Origin: Octopus vulgaris | Taxonomy: Eukaryota | Length of the DNA: 64,000 nt | Direction of reading: 5' to 3' | Assembly: GCA_951406725.2 (NCBI GenBank) | Contig: OX597837.1 | Coordinates: forward strand, 11,532,001-11,596,000 | Shown: positions 26,306-40,161 of the stretch, piece after piece | Position numbering within the stretch: the first letter of the stretch is position 1 | How the letters are laid out: the number at the start of each line of letters is the position of its first letter | Notes under the pieces: generated by a model | Databases searched by the model: none | What the model was told of the DNA's origin: nothing | Seen by the model: only the letters and a program-made list of their open reading frames with translations | Translations under genes and position numbers: made by a program

Positions 26306-27361
26306 TGTTCCAAGAGGTAAATTATCCAAACTCCAAAGATTTCTTCTCAACACACTGCTATGATGCTCCCCCACTACTTCTGCACGTGATCAGGGATGCA
26401 CATATCGTCAGCCACTAAGGGACATGCTCAACTGGTTACGGTCAAGTAACTGACAAGCAAATCTGTGGTATTGAGCAGAATATTTGCTGTAATCCATCTT
26501 TTACATCAGGACAAAACATGTACAAAATAACACTTCCAAGTATTCAGCAGAATATTTGTTGTAACCCATCATATTATTATTATTATTATTATTATCATTA
26601 TTATTATTATTATCATCATTATTATTATTATTATTATCATCATTAATATTATTATTATTATTATTATTATCAATTTCTGCAGAAGACAGCGACAAAAATG
26701 TCCCCTACTGGAATTTCACTCGTAATATCGAAAATTTTGCTCCATTTCGTAAACTGCTTCTTGCAATCAACGTTATTTTTTTTTTCTCTTTTTTTTTTTA
26801 TTCTTTATTCTTTATTAATTTCTGCAGAAGACAGCAGCAAGAATTGTCACTATTGAAATTTCAGATTTGCTATCAGTGGATGCAATTCCCGTTCCTCCTC
26901 TCGTTACCGAAGTCAAACTAACTACTAAATGACATACACAAATACAGACATTTCCCCTACTCTCGTTCGCTCTCTCTCTCTCTCTCTCTCTCTCTCACTT
27001 TCTATCTCTCTGGTACTACTACTGCTACTACAACTACTACTACCACTACTCCTAGGGGCCCTGTTCCTGGGATCTAGTTGGTCTTGTGGTACCTTCCCCA
27101 GGGGCTTCTTGCTCGCTTCTCATTTCTCATCCCCTACAATAACACACACAAAACTAAATTATTTACATCAAAAAGGTGCTTTTTATCTTTGAAAATCCCT
27201 ATTTTTTTACGATTTTTTTACTGGTGTGTTGCCATTTTTCGGTTTATTTCAACCAGAAAAATATTCACATTAAGAGAATAACAAGCTACATAATGCAAAA
27301 TTTTTACTTTTCAAAAATTCCAATGCTAAAGGGTCGAAACAAACCCGAGCAACTACTACTA

Positions 27362-27443
<82 letters not shown>

Positions 27444-27785
27444 TAATATATATATGTATATATATATATATATGTATGTATGTATGTACTATGTATATAT
27501 ATGTGTGTGTGCGTGTGTTTATGCCTGTCTCTGTATACATGTGTGTGTGAGTGAGAGTATGTATCTGTGTGTAGGGGGTGTTGTGAGGATATGTGCAGGT
27601 GCTGTATGGCAGAGTGGTTATGTAAGGTTTTTTTTCCCCAGCCGGTAACGTCCTGTGCAAAGGTCAATTTCTATATTCGCGGATCAAGCCATAAATTTTT
27701 AATGAAATTGGGTAACCGGAAATTGTATTATAGATTGATTATAACGCACGCAAACACACGCGCACAAATATATATGCATGCAGAG

Positions 27786-27817
<32 letters not shown>

Positions 27818-27936
27818 GTAAGCAATAATAAATCTCTGAACGAGGTATAAACAGAAACTGCAGGACAATGTGAAGTATACTTGCCATCTCAATATGGCTA
27901 ACGACTAAGGATGGGTGTTACTGTAGCTTACCTCAC

Positions 27937-28016
<80 letters not shown>

Positions 28017-28045
28017 GAATAATATATATACACATATATACATAT

Positions 28046-28310
28046 ACTCTTTACTCTTTACTCTTTTACTTGTCTCAGTCATTTGACTGCGGCCATGCTG
28101 GAGCACCGCCTTTAGTCGAGCAAATCGACCCCGGGACTTATTCCTTGTAAGCCCAGTACTTATTCTATCGGTCTCTTTTGCCGAACCGCTAAGTGACGGG
28201 GACGTAAACACACCAGCATCGGTTGTCAAGCAATGCTAGGGGGACAAACACAAGCACACACACACACATATATATATATATACATATATACGACAGGCTT
28301 CTTTCAGTTT
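28046..28310 (-). mobile_element. Family A SINE, 3' two-thirds
   Basis: Near-identical to 6026-6280. Confidence 0.85.
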
Positions 28311-28476
28311 ATATATATATATATATATAATATAAGTAATATATATATATAAAATATCGTTTTGTCTTGTATCCTACTATTTTTCCATATGGTTTGTAGA
28401 ATGGTGCATAATGGAACTATTTCTATGAGTACTACCGGAGTACTTGAATCAATAAATTGTGACTGGAATACGTGTA

Positions 28477-28518
<42 letters not shown>

Positions 28519-28802
28519 TATGATTACTCTAGGCACAAGGCCCGGAATTTTGGGGGAGGGGGTGGCCAGTCGATTAGATCGACCCCAGTAATTATGATGT
28601 ATATATTATAAAGGCCGGTGTTGTTCGTTTACGTGCCCCTTATTTAGCAGTTCGGCAAAAGAGAATGATACAATAAGTGCCACGCTTGAAAAAGTGGGGT
28701 CGGTTAGTTAGACGAAACCCTTCAAGGTGGTGCCTTAGCATGGCCACAGTCTATTTACTGAAACAATTAAAAGATAATACTTACGCCTGCGCGCATATAC
28801 GT

Positions 28803-28884
28803 ACAGACAGATAGACAGATAGATAGATGCATCTATCTATGCAAAGATAGATAGACAGACAGATAGATAGACAGATAGATAGAC

Positions 28885-28942
<58 letters not shown>

Positions 28943-29116
28943 ATAGACAGACAGACAGACAGACAGACAGATAGGCAGGCAGGCAGGCAGACAGACAGAC
29001 AGACAGACAGACGGACAGACAGACGGACGGACAGACGGACGGACGGACGGACGGACGGACGGACGGACGGATGGATGGATGGATGGATGGATGGATGGAT
29101 GGATGGATGGATGGAT
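28803..29116. repeat. Compound tetranucleotide microsatellite
   Basis: Successive blocks GATA, GACA, GGCA, GACA, GACG, GATG. Confidence 0.9.
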
Positions 29117-29230
29117 ATGTTTATTAGCCACACAGGGCTGCACACAGACAGGACAAAATTACATGGTAGAGCTTTTCTTTTGGGGGTAAAAAAGAAGGGG
29201 GTTTGGTTTTCGATCAAAAGGGATCGTAAT
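29117..29230 (-). mobile_element. Probable retroelement 3' end associated with (ATCY)n
   Basis: Second copy at 60154-60268; minus strand ends GGCTAATAAA..CAT directly into (ATCC)n or (ATCT)n. Confidence 0.5.
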
Positions 29231-29237
29231 TGGAAAG

Positions 29238-29319
<82 letters not shown>

Positions 29320-29711
29320 GTATGCAACCGCTCAGTAACGTACCTATTCAAACTTAAAGCGTTCAAATAATTCGCTATTTTATGTTTTCGGTGGAAGGAA
29401 AAGGAAAAGGAAAAGAAGAAAAGAGAAGAAGAGAGACGAAATCGAGGATTTCCTGGCAGTTCTGAGCGAGTGAATGGCAGAGAGGTTATTGAGACTTGTA
29501 TGCCTGTTGACCTCTGGAAATTAAACTGGGAATCATATTCACTCCGGCCATATGAATTTCAGCGAAATTTGGGAATGAGCATTATCAAAAGAAGTTCACC
29601 TCCACACCAACGTATTTGTGCTTACATCAGATACACTACAGAGTTTATAACTATGAAAGTTTGATGAATTAAGTACAAGATGCTGAACGTGTGTGTGTGT
29701 ATGTGTGTGTA

Positions 29712-29744
<33 letters not shown>

Positions 29745-30087
29745 GTGTGTGTGTGTGTGTGTCTTATCCTTTTGTTTAGTTGTAATGGCGCTAATAAGCA
29801 GTTGTGAGAACCCAATATGCTTATGTATTAAAGCAAAGTCTCAGGAGGGTATAAAGGTTAATGCCAGTTTATGGATCAAAAGAACATGAGATACGTAAGG
29901 CAACACGCATTCATATTACATGCATGTATATGTATAAGTTCCCATTTTATTTCATTATGCCATGTGGGCAGTGCCCGATGATTGTGCCAGGACACTAGCA
30001 CATGAAATGTGCAAAATTTAATGGTCCAACATAATTATATGACCAGAAAAGAGAGGCTGAATGTAAAGGAGATAAGAATGATCATTT

Positions 30088-30288
30088 CTATTATAGGCAC
30101 AAGGCCTGAAATTGTTAAGGGATGGGACTAGTCCATTACATTGACCCCGGAATTTCACTAGTACTTAATTTATCGACCCCGAAAGGATAAAAGGCAAAGT
30201 CGACCTCGGCGAAATTTGAGCTTAGAATGTAACGACGGGCGAAACACGCAATGGATTTCGACCAGCGTGCTAACGATTCTGACAGCTC
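30088..30288 (-). mobile_element. Family B SINE monomer
   Basis: Reverse complement of family B head, core and tail. Confidence 0.75.
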
Positions 30289-30695
30289 ATCATCATCATC
30301 ATCATTATTACCATTATGATGATGATGATCATCATCATCATCATCATCATCAAACACTGCTACTTTCACAAATCGTTCTCTTCGTGATGGTTATTAATTA
30401 AACAATGAAATAGTTTACAATCAACCAACATATGTAACACATCACGGTCGTGTGGACAGAAAATATTTTGCATTACCCAAACCGCGAGGCCCCCGGTTAC
30501 GGGTTCGATTATACTGCACATCACCATTTGGTATGTGTATTCTACCATAACCTGGGGAGTTGACTAATGCCTTGTAAGTGGAACTTGGAAGGCATAAACT
30601 CTGTCCTTCTACACACACACACACAAACACACACACACATGCACATGCACATACATAAAGACACACATATGTTTATATAATTACAATACACACAC

Positions 30696-30808
<113 letters not shown>

Positions 30809-31180
30809 ATGCATAGGAAGAAAGTACAAGAAAGTAACAGAGGTACTAGCCTTATATTTATTGTTTGGTTACGATCGTTTCAACAATACATAGTTCAGAT
30901 CAGGGGTTTTCTACAATCTTTTTATCTAAGGACCCCTTTGATTACTATTCCATTCTGTCGAACCTCCATAACTATTTTATTGCTAAAAAAAATTCTATAT
31001 TTCTATAATTAAATATTAGGAATTGTATAAGAAATTCCTAAAATATTTTGTGTATTACGGAAGTATAACCAAACACAAACTTCAACAACAAAATTATACA
31101 TAGACTCCGAAGGGCCATATGGACCCTGGATCAAAATCACTGGTTTAGGAAAATCGTTAACAATGTGTAAAACATAAATA

Positions 31181-31321
31181 TTAGGTTGTCCCAAAAGTTC
31201 GTAAACACTTGCGAAAATTGAATTTTTACTCGCCAAGTACTAACAAAAACAACAAAAATTATTCCTCAAAATAAAGACCATTATTTTCCAAGACTTTCTA
31301 CGAACTTTTGGGACAACCTTA
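31181..31321. mobile_element. Tc1/mariner-type MITE
   Basis: 21-bp perfect TIR core AGGTTGTCCCAAAAGTTCGTA / TACGAACTTTTGGGACAACCT, TA on both flanks, 141 bp. Confidence 0.85.
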
Positions 31322-31821
31322 TAGTAACTATTCTAGAATTTGTAGAAATAGTAGACAAGGAACCGTGTAAAGATGGATGCAAACCCAGTACCATATCGTT
31401 GCTGAAGAAAACTGTTACCCACGTAGCCACGCGTGTCTCATGCTTTTTATACAGCGCCACCTACATAGAATTATTACACATTTTCAAATCGCAGTTACTC
31501 ACTCACCCTCATAACCTTTAGGATCGCAGCTATTTAACCGACCTCGTGACCTTTTAACTGGAAGCTATTCAACCGACCGCATAGCTATGCGAATTACGTC
31601 ATTATTCCGTCGATATAATGGAATCGATTATGCAGCACGGGACTATTCCACCGAACTGAAAAGAAGAGAAGAAATTTCCAATGTAAAAGAAAAAGAAAAC
31701 AATTCAGCTGAAGACCGCTTTTCTCAATTTATTACTATTCAACCGATCCCAAGACACAGCCATACACACACACTCACGCACATACATAGACAGACATATA
31801 TATATATATATATAAATATAA

Positions 31822-31966
<145 letters not shown>

Positions 31967-32193
31967 TGGACAGCAATATGATAGACTGAGAGAGAGACTC
32001 TTGCAAATTTATATAAGTATGTATTATATGTGTGCATATATGTATTTATATATATGTGTGTATGTGTGTATATATATGTAAGCAAATATTTGTATGCATA
32101 TGCATGTATACGTATAGATATATGTGTGCGTATGTGTAAGTATATATATATACATATATATATAGATATATATATATGTATGTATATTTATGT

Positions 32194-32249
<56 letters not shown>

Positions 32250-32257
32250 ATGTATAC

Positions 32258-32319
<62 letters not shown>

Positions 32320-32818
32320 GGATAGATAGATAGATAGATCGATAGATACACAAATAGATAGATATTTGATCGATAAAGGAAATGTTCGATATGTCTTAAT
32401 AAATCCGAGGAGTATCTTCCACCTACAAAACAGCTGATATCGATCTGCTTCTGCATAAGTATCACGTGACACGAGTTTATGTATAATAAAGCTGACAAGG
32501 AACAGCGTATGTTAACAGTTCCACTTCAGTAGTTAGTAACTCTGTGTGTGTGTGCGTGCATACATGTGGCTGTGTGTATATATATATACATGTATATATG
32601 TGTGTGTATGTATGTATGTATGTATGTATGTATGTATGTATGCATTACGTACTGTTGATGTCATAAGAATTTATAAGTTTAAGAAAACATGAAATAATTC
32701 ATTTCGATTGTTGGATCTGGAAGCAGACAAAGTTATGAGCAAGTTAACATAAACGATGGGTAGGGAAAAATAACTTTTTCTGTTCATTAGTTCAAGGGTA
32801 TATAATATGTGTGTGTAT

Positions 32819-32906
<88 letters not shown>

Positions 32907-32970
32907 TGTATGTATGTATGTATACTTATATTTTTATATTTATGTGTATGTATATCTGTATGTATGTGTG

Positions 32971-33045
<75 letters not shown>

Positions 33046-33130
33046 CATGGACTTTGTCTTCCTACCCTCTTAGAGGATTTAGGCAAATGTGTCCGACTGA
33101 TTAAATAAATTCTAATTATTTTATTTAATT

Positions 33131-33218
33131 ATGCAGCTGAGGATAGCTCTGCATTTAAATTGACGTAATGATTATATCGTTCGATTAAATGGAGACGCTT
33201 GAAACGATCGTACTGCAT
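33131..33218 (+). ncRNA. Type I hammerhead ribozyme motif
   Basis: ATGCAG-CTGAGGA-long stem II (AGC/GCT, CATTTA/TAAATG)-GAAAC-GATC-GTA-CTGCAT; inside a ~210-bp island (33043-33250) between (TA)n tracts. Confidence 0.8.
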
Positions 33219-33245
33219 TACCTCTCAATATCCTGTTGCTTATAT

Positions 33246-33297
<52 letters not shown>

Positions 33298-33372
33298 ACA
33301 CATATGTATATATATATGTATGTATACATATATATATGTGTGTGAGTGTGTGTGTACATCCATATAGATATG

Positions 33373-33475
<103 letters not shown>

Positions 33476-34287
33476 GTAGATTAGATATGCATCTATGTAT
33501 GTCATTAATCAGTTTTCAAGATTTCTTGCCATTAGAGAAAGAGTCGGTTTTGTAACCTTCACTGAAATTTCATCAACATCAACAGGATATTTTTGTATGC
33601 ATGTATAGTTTGAATGGATGAATGGATTACGAGAAGGCGAAAGAAAGCCTTAACAATACTCAAAATATAATATGCTACATTTGTGTTTGCTAATTAAGCT
33701 CTTGTATAATAAATTTGTCGTTTATCAGATGTTTTCTCTTAAAATTGAATGTTTATGCCTTGTTCCTGTAGGCCGACTGAATTGAAACAAAAGCAAAATT
33801 CGAAAATCCGAGCCAAAATATATGTGACGGTAATGTTTACACTATCAAATGTACTTTTAATCTTAATTAAATTCTTATTATTGAGGTTCCAATTCTTTGT
33901 GTCGTAGGTGTTAATATTCAGTTAAATACAATAAAAAGATGCTAAATTCCCTGGAAGCATCTGGCTTTATAATATGTACTCCTTACAATGAAGTATTGTC
34001 TCGGAATGTTATTAGAGAAAGAGAGAAGAAAGTCTTGAAAAATAACGTATTGTGTTTCGTCATCTTGAATACGTTTTCTGCTAAAAGCATTCTTCTTCAA
34101 ATGAGTTTTTTTTGTCTTTAAAATATCTCATCTTGTACATACCTGGATATGCATATATATTGAAATATACACATGTATGTATTGATATAGGTATGTGCGT
34201 ATATATGGTCGTATACATATATGTACGCTTTATGTATAAGTATGTGTTTTCGTTTTCCATTCTTTCCCTTCCGCGTTTTTTATGCTT

Positions 34288-34318
<31 letters not shown>

Positions 34319-34319
<1 letters not shown>

Positions 34320-34676
34320 CTTTTACTTGTTTGTCATTTCACTGTGGCCACGCTGGAGCACCGCCTTTAGTCGAAAAAATAGACCTCAGGACTTATTCTT
34401 TGTAAGCCTAGTACTTACTGTATCGGTCTCCTTTGCCGAACCGCTAGGTGACTGGGACGTAAACACACCAGTATCGGTTGTGAAGCGAAGGTGGGGGGGA
34501 CAATCATAGGCACAAACACACGCACACAGACATATATATATACATATACCGAAGGGCTTCTTTCATTTCCGTCTACCAAATCCATTCACAAGGCTTTGGT
34601 CGGCCCGAGGCTATAGTAGAACCTGGAACCATGTGGTTGGTAAGCAAGCTACTTACCCCACAGCCACTCCTGCACC
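34319..34676 (-). mobile_element. Family A SINE with internal deletion
   Basis: Family A tail, body and head; part of the head region is missing near 34620. Confidence 0.8.
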
Positions 34677-34740
34677 TATACATATACATACAGATATACA
34701 TATATACATGTGTATATATGTATATGTATATGTATATATA

Positions 34741-35163
34741 TCACCTTGATCACCTTGACCGACCAGTCCGTCAGGCGTCCATTTGGTTGGCGCGGGTGGT
34801 CCTGTCCAACCTTCCCTTGAGCACATCCCTTATGCCATTGAACGCCTTCCATCCGGTCCTTACTCTCCGTGAGATCTCCTTTTTGATATCCCGGCACATA
34901 TTTACTTCCTGTCCCAAGTAGACATATTCTCTCACCTCCTCTATTTCATCACTGCCGATCACCATTCGACCTGTTGGTACATTGTCTGACCGCATGAACT
35001 TTGTTTTCATGCGGTTCATCTTGAGACCTACTGCAGAACTTTTGATGTCGAGCTCCGTCAGCATGGTCTGAAGCTGATCCATGTTTTCAGTTATGAGTAC
35101 GATGTCGTCAGCGAAACGAAGGTGAGTGAGGAGCTCGCCATTGATGTTGACACCACCTTGCTC

Positions 35164-35165
<2 letters not shown>
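34741..35165 (-). mobile_element. RTE-clade LINE fragment (RT core joined to 3' end) in (TA)n
   Basis: GVNINGELLTHLRFADDIVL...GLKMNRMKTKFM...YVYLGQ...EISRRVRTGWKAF; tail CAAGGTGATCAAGGTGA. Confidence 0.9.
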
Positions 35166-35204
<39 letters not shown>

Positions 35205-35602
35205 AAGAATACGGCTCTTTCTCTATTGGCAAGAAATCTTGAAATACAACTGAATAATGATATACATACATACATACATACATGTGTACATACATACATG
35301 CTGATGTGTTTACGTCCCCCGTAACTTAGCGGTTCGGCATAAGAGACGGATAGAATAAGTCCAGAGGTCGATTTCTTCGACTAAAACCCTTTAAGGCCGT
35401 ATTCCAGCATGGCTGCAACCAAATGAACCAGAAAGGTAAAAAAAATATAAGAATATATATATATACATATATATATAACTATGTAAATTTTGGGGGGTAA
35501 AAATTTAGAATAATTTATTACCAGTGGTTCCAAGCGTAAAATCATAAGACAAGATTTTTATTTATAAATATGTATAAATCCTTATACACTCTTATATATA
35601 TT

Positions 35603-35659
<57 letters not shown>

Positions 35660-35715
35660 GATAGATCGTTAGCCACTACACACATTTTTTTCTCTCCTTG
35701 TTTTTTTCTGTGTCC

Positions 35716-35751
35716 CTTTCTGTAGAAGAGCGTAGGCTCGAAACGTAAAAG
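35716..35751 (+). ncRNA. Minimal type I hammerhead-like motif with CUGUAGA core variant
   Basis: CTTT-CTGTAGA-A-GAGC(GTAG)GCTC-GAAAC-GTA-AAAG; host repeat 35660-35840 is related to the 2628 family. Confidence 0.55.
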
Positions 35752-35876
35752 ACATTTTCTATTCCTGAGCGTTATACTAATACATCTGTTTGCTTTGTGC
35801 ACCACCTGTCTTCGTCTTTTGTTGTTTTTTTTGTAAACTCTGTTCTGTTTTGTTCTGTCAACGGAATTCCTGTTTT

Positions 35877-35956
35877 TTCCTGATGAGAAAGCCACAATAT
35901 GGTACCCTTATTTAATCAGAATTTGGAAATTTGTGGCCTTCGAAACATGTGTAGAA
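35877..35956 (+). ncRNA. Type I hammerhead ribozyme motif
   Basis: TTC-CTGATGA-GAAAGCCACAA...TTGTGGCCTTC-GAAAC-ATGT-GTA-GAA; 10 of 11 pairs in stem II. Confidence 0.7.
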
Positions 35957-36164
35957 TGTAATAAAAGGAATTCTGTACAATCTTCGTTCAACTCCATTTC
36001 TTCCATTCAATAATAATATTAAACTTCAATTATCCGCACCAACGCACGGTTGCAACACCAAATGGTCTTATCTCCAACCGTGTATTTTCTGCTGTGATTT
36101 TTGCTACCCAGGTATCGGTTAAACTTTTGAATAATCTGTAACAAGAAAATTCATCTTTCTATTT

Positions 36165-36222
<58 letters not shown>

Positions 36223-36397
36223 CAATAGGCTGGGATTTCGTTATCTTCTTTCTCTTTGCCATATATGAGTTACAAATTCTGTTTGTTTGTGGAGACTTTT
36301 TTACTAGTAGTAGAAATAGTGACCTATTTGGCTACTATTTCTAATATTTTCGGTATGTCGTTTTGAGCAACTTGTTGCAATTAACCTTTTATTATAA

Positions 36398-36451
<54 letters not shown>

Positions 36452-36648
36452 GTAAACAGTTATGCGCATTGTGATACCATAAAGAAAAAGCTTGACTGTC
36501 ACTAAACGCGACTAAATTATACATAGGCATATGTTTATAGGTGGTTGCATGCAAATATAATGATTTTTATGTGTTGGTTTCGTCAGCCTTCGCCATTCCT
36601 CCTTTTTTATATATCTTACGTTTTATATCTTATAATATTTTCTCAAGT

Positions 36649-37033
36649 GGAGGCGCAATGGCCCAGTGGTTAGGGCAGCGGACTCGCGGTCGTAGGATCG
36701 CGGTTTCGATTCCCAGACCGGGCGTTGTGAGTGTTTATTGAGCGAAAACACCTAAAGCTCCACGAGGCTCCGGCAGGGGGTGGTGGTGATCCCTGCTGTA
36801 TTCTTTCACCACAACTTTCTCTCACTCTTACTTCCTGTTTCTGTTCTACCTGTATTTCAAAGGGCCGGCCTTGTCATTCTCTTGTGTCACGCTGAATATC
36901 CCTGAGAACTACGTTAAGGGTACACGTGTCTGTGGAGTGCTCAGCCACTTACACGTTAATTTCACGAGCAGGCTGTTCCGTTGATTCGGATCAACCGGAA
37001 CCCTCATCGTCGTAACCGACGGAGTGCTTCCAC
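36649..37033 (+). mobile_element. tRNA-derived SINE, family C (full length) with 12-bp TSD
   Basis: A box TGGCCCAGTGG, B box GGTTTCGATTCCC; AATATTTTCTCA at 36634-36645 and 37034-37045. Confidence 0.9.
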
Positions 37034-37365
37034 AATATTTTCTCATCGTTCCTCGTGCCGTTGTTGTTGTTCTTGTTGTTGTTGTTGCTGTCATGGTCGT
37101 CGTTGTCGTTGCTTTTTGTAAATCAGTCGTGTTATTTTCGTTTCACTCACCTTTTAGCTTAATAACCGAAGAAGACACCTACATTTTGCATTTTCTTTTA
37201 TTGAAGTATTACTTCCCAATCAACGAAAAGTAGCTTCACGTCGTCGAAAATAGCTATAAAAGCACGAAACGGAGGAAAAGCACTCACACACACACACACA
37301 CACCACGCAAAGTACTTAACGCTCTCTCCTCAATCACTTAAGCGCTTACTCTCTAAGTCATCCTT

Positions 37366-37396
<31 letters not shown>

Positions 37397-37685
37397 TTAT
37401 CTATTTATTTCTCGTTTTCTCTCCTTCTCTCTCTTTTTCTACCTCTCCTCTGCGTACACTCGCATGTGTATATGTGAGCGTGTGTGTGTATGATTGGGTG
37501 TATAGAGTACATACGTAAATATATACTCACACATTATACATTATATTGTATATTTTTTTATATACTTTGATGTGTCATAAATATACTTGAAAAAAAAAAT
37601 ATATATATATATATATACATATACATGTATATATATATATATATATGTATATATAAATATTTATATATATATGTATGTATATATA

Positions 37686-37772
<87 letters not shown>

Positions 37773-39524
37773 GGTAATAAGAAAATGGAGGAGATCAATA
37801 GGTGGTATTCATCAACTTTTAGACATTATATTATGTCTATTTGTTTATTTTTTGAAAACAAAGGGTCTTCAAAATGTGCGTGTTTAATAAATGTTTACAT
37901 TTAGGTGCAAGGTTAGGCATTTTTAGAGGAGGAAATAATCAATTAAATCGACCTCTGTACGTGATTGGTACTTTATTTTATAAAACCAGAAACCAGAAAG
38001 GATAAGAGGCAGAGATGACTTCGATGGGATTTGAACTTGGAACCTCCGACACTTTAATAGTTCTGCCAATCTAGTACATTCAAAATATATTTTACGAAAG
38101 ACACAACTGCCTCTGTCGCTTGATATTTTATGTTGATACTTTTAATTTTGTGTGTATGCATATTTGAGTGTCTGTTTGTGTGTGTGTATGTATGTGTGTG
38201 TACATATATACATACATATATATATATAATATAAATAATATATATGTGCATATATACATACATACAGGTACATACCTACGTATATATTTACATACACATG
38301 CATATTTGGGTACAGGACGTCAAAACAAAACGTGAACAACATGAAAAACAAAAACATGGAAAACGAACTTTTTCGAACAACGAATGAAACAAATAGAGAA
38401 ACGTGACATCCAACAGAAAGAACGCACACTTCATCAGTTGTCCACTGTTTTATCTACTCCGCGTATATATTTATATATATATATATATATTATAAACTAT
38501 GACAATATTTCAAGTTAATGAAATTTTGTTTGAATGCTTATATTTTATTATATTTATATTTTTTCTTGGTTACTTCATAAGTCTATTGTCTTGGGAATAA
38601 AACTATATTTCATAAATAATTTTATGTATAAGCGAGATGCGAAAGCTTTCGAGAGAAACATTTTAACTTCTATTTTTTTTCAATTCAGAACTGCTGCAAC
38701 TTAAGTATTTTTTATGCTTTCAAATATGAACTAATAAAGAAAATATCTAAATAAATAATCTAGAGCCATTATTGTGTCTATTCACCATATTTAAAGAAGT
38801 GACGTTTTTATTTTACACATTTTAAATTGACTATTCCTCTTTAACGTCGAGAATCAAATTGAATCAAATGATAAAATTTATTGTGTCATATATATTTTTT
38901 TTTACCATAAAAGTCTTTATATATTATCTTACGAATAAATATTAGAAACCTCAAAAGATGAATGCGATTCCTAGATAGTGCGAAGATAATTCACATGACT
39001 ACGTAAGGAAATTTATAAAGGTGAACATAGAATAATGGTAGGCAATTAATTTTGAATTCTCGTTTAAATACGATTTCAAATCTACATCGCTCATTTTAAA
39101 AGATTTACCTATCCTTAATTTATTCACTTTAAAGCATTAATATGGTCTCTCCTGTCGAAGACGAGGAATGAGTGATCAGCATTTTGCCGACTGACCGGCA
39201 CAAATGATTTGTTTCTAGTGATCAAATGTATGTGCCGCATATCAGCTCCCTCTCTCCATCAAATCGACGTTGTCTGAACAGGTGCACGGTGCCCCACACA
39301 TCAGGTATCGAAATAATCGCGGAGCAACATAATATAAATTATTTTGCTCAAGAACACAACGCACTACCCGGACTAGGAATTGAAACCACGATCTCGCCAT
39401 CGTGAATGCAACACCCTGATCATTAGACTATGCGTCCGAATGTAAGTGTTATGAATCATATTTGTAGATATGGATGTATGTTTGAGAAGTTCGCTTCGTA
39501 ACCAAGTGGTTTCGACTACAGTTT

Positions 39525-39845
39525 GGCAGAAGCTTAGTACTTAGGGCATTCCGCTCGTGGTCGCAAGGTTGTGGGTTCGCTTCCCCGGCGCCGCGTTGTG
39601 TCCTTCATCAAAACATTTTATTTTACGTTGCTCCAGTCCACTCAGCTGGCAACAATGAGTAGCAGCTGTATTTCAAAGAGCCAGACTTGCTACATTCTGT
39701 GTCACGCTGAATCTCCTTGAGAACTACGTTAAGGGTACACCTGCCTGTGGAGTGCTCAGCAACTTGCACGTTAATTTCATGAGCAGGTTGTTTCGTGCAT
39801 CGAATCAATTGGACCGCTCGTCGTCGTTACCGACGGAGTGCCACA
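39525..39845 (+). mobile_element. Family C-related SINE nested in a decayed family A SINE
   Basis: Body matches 36850-37030; family A head-like sequence before (39470-39520) and its continuation after (39850-39950). Confidence 0.6.
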
Positions 39846-40095
39846 TTTATTGTTTGGAACTTCAGGCAAGTGTATTCTACTACAGCCTCGGACTAACTCG
39901 GGCCTTGTGAGTGAATTTGTTAGAAGAAAATGTGTGGAAACATATCGTGTATATTATATTATTATATATAGCATGTGTGTGTGTCTGTGTGTGTGTGTGT
40001 GGAGAGAGAAAGAGAGTTTGAAGTGATGTAGAGATATATATTTAGAATAATAAGGTTGGCAGAATTTTGGATGATTATATATATATATATATGTA

Positions 40096-40161
<66 letters not shown>

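Noticed and set aside
27130-27363. Fourth Helitron ending ACAAACCCGAGCAAC-TACTACTAGT
   Set aside because: 3' end resembles the family but the hairpin is half deleted and no 5' TC end could be placed; the hairpin at 15081-15096 is similarly unsupported
36649-36725. tRNA gene
   Set aside because: A and B boxes present but the cloverleaf does not close, and it continues into a SINE body with a TSD; the same holds for the heads at 8550 and 58400
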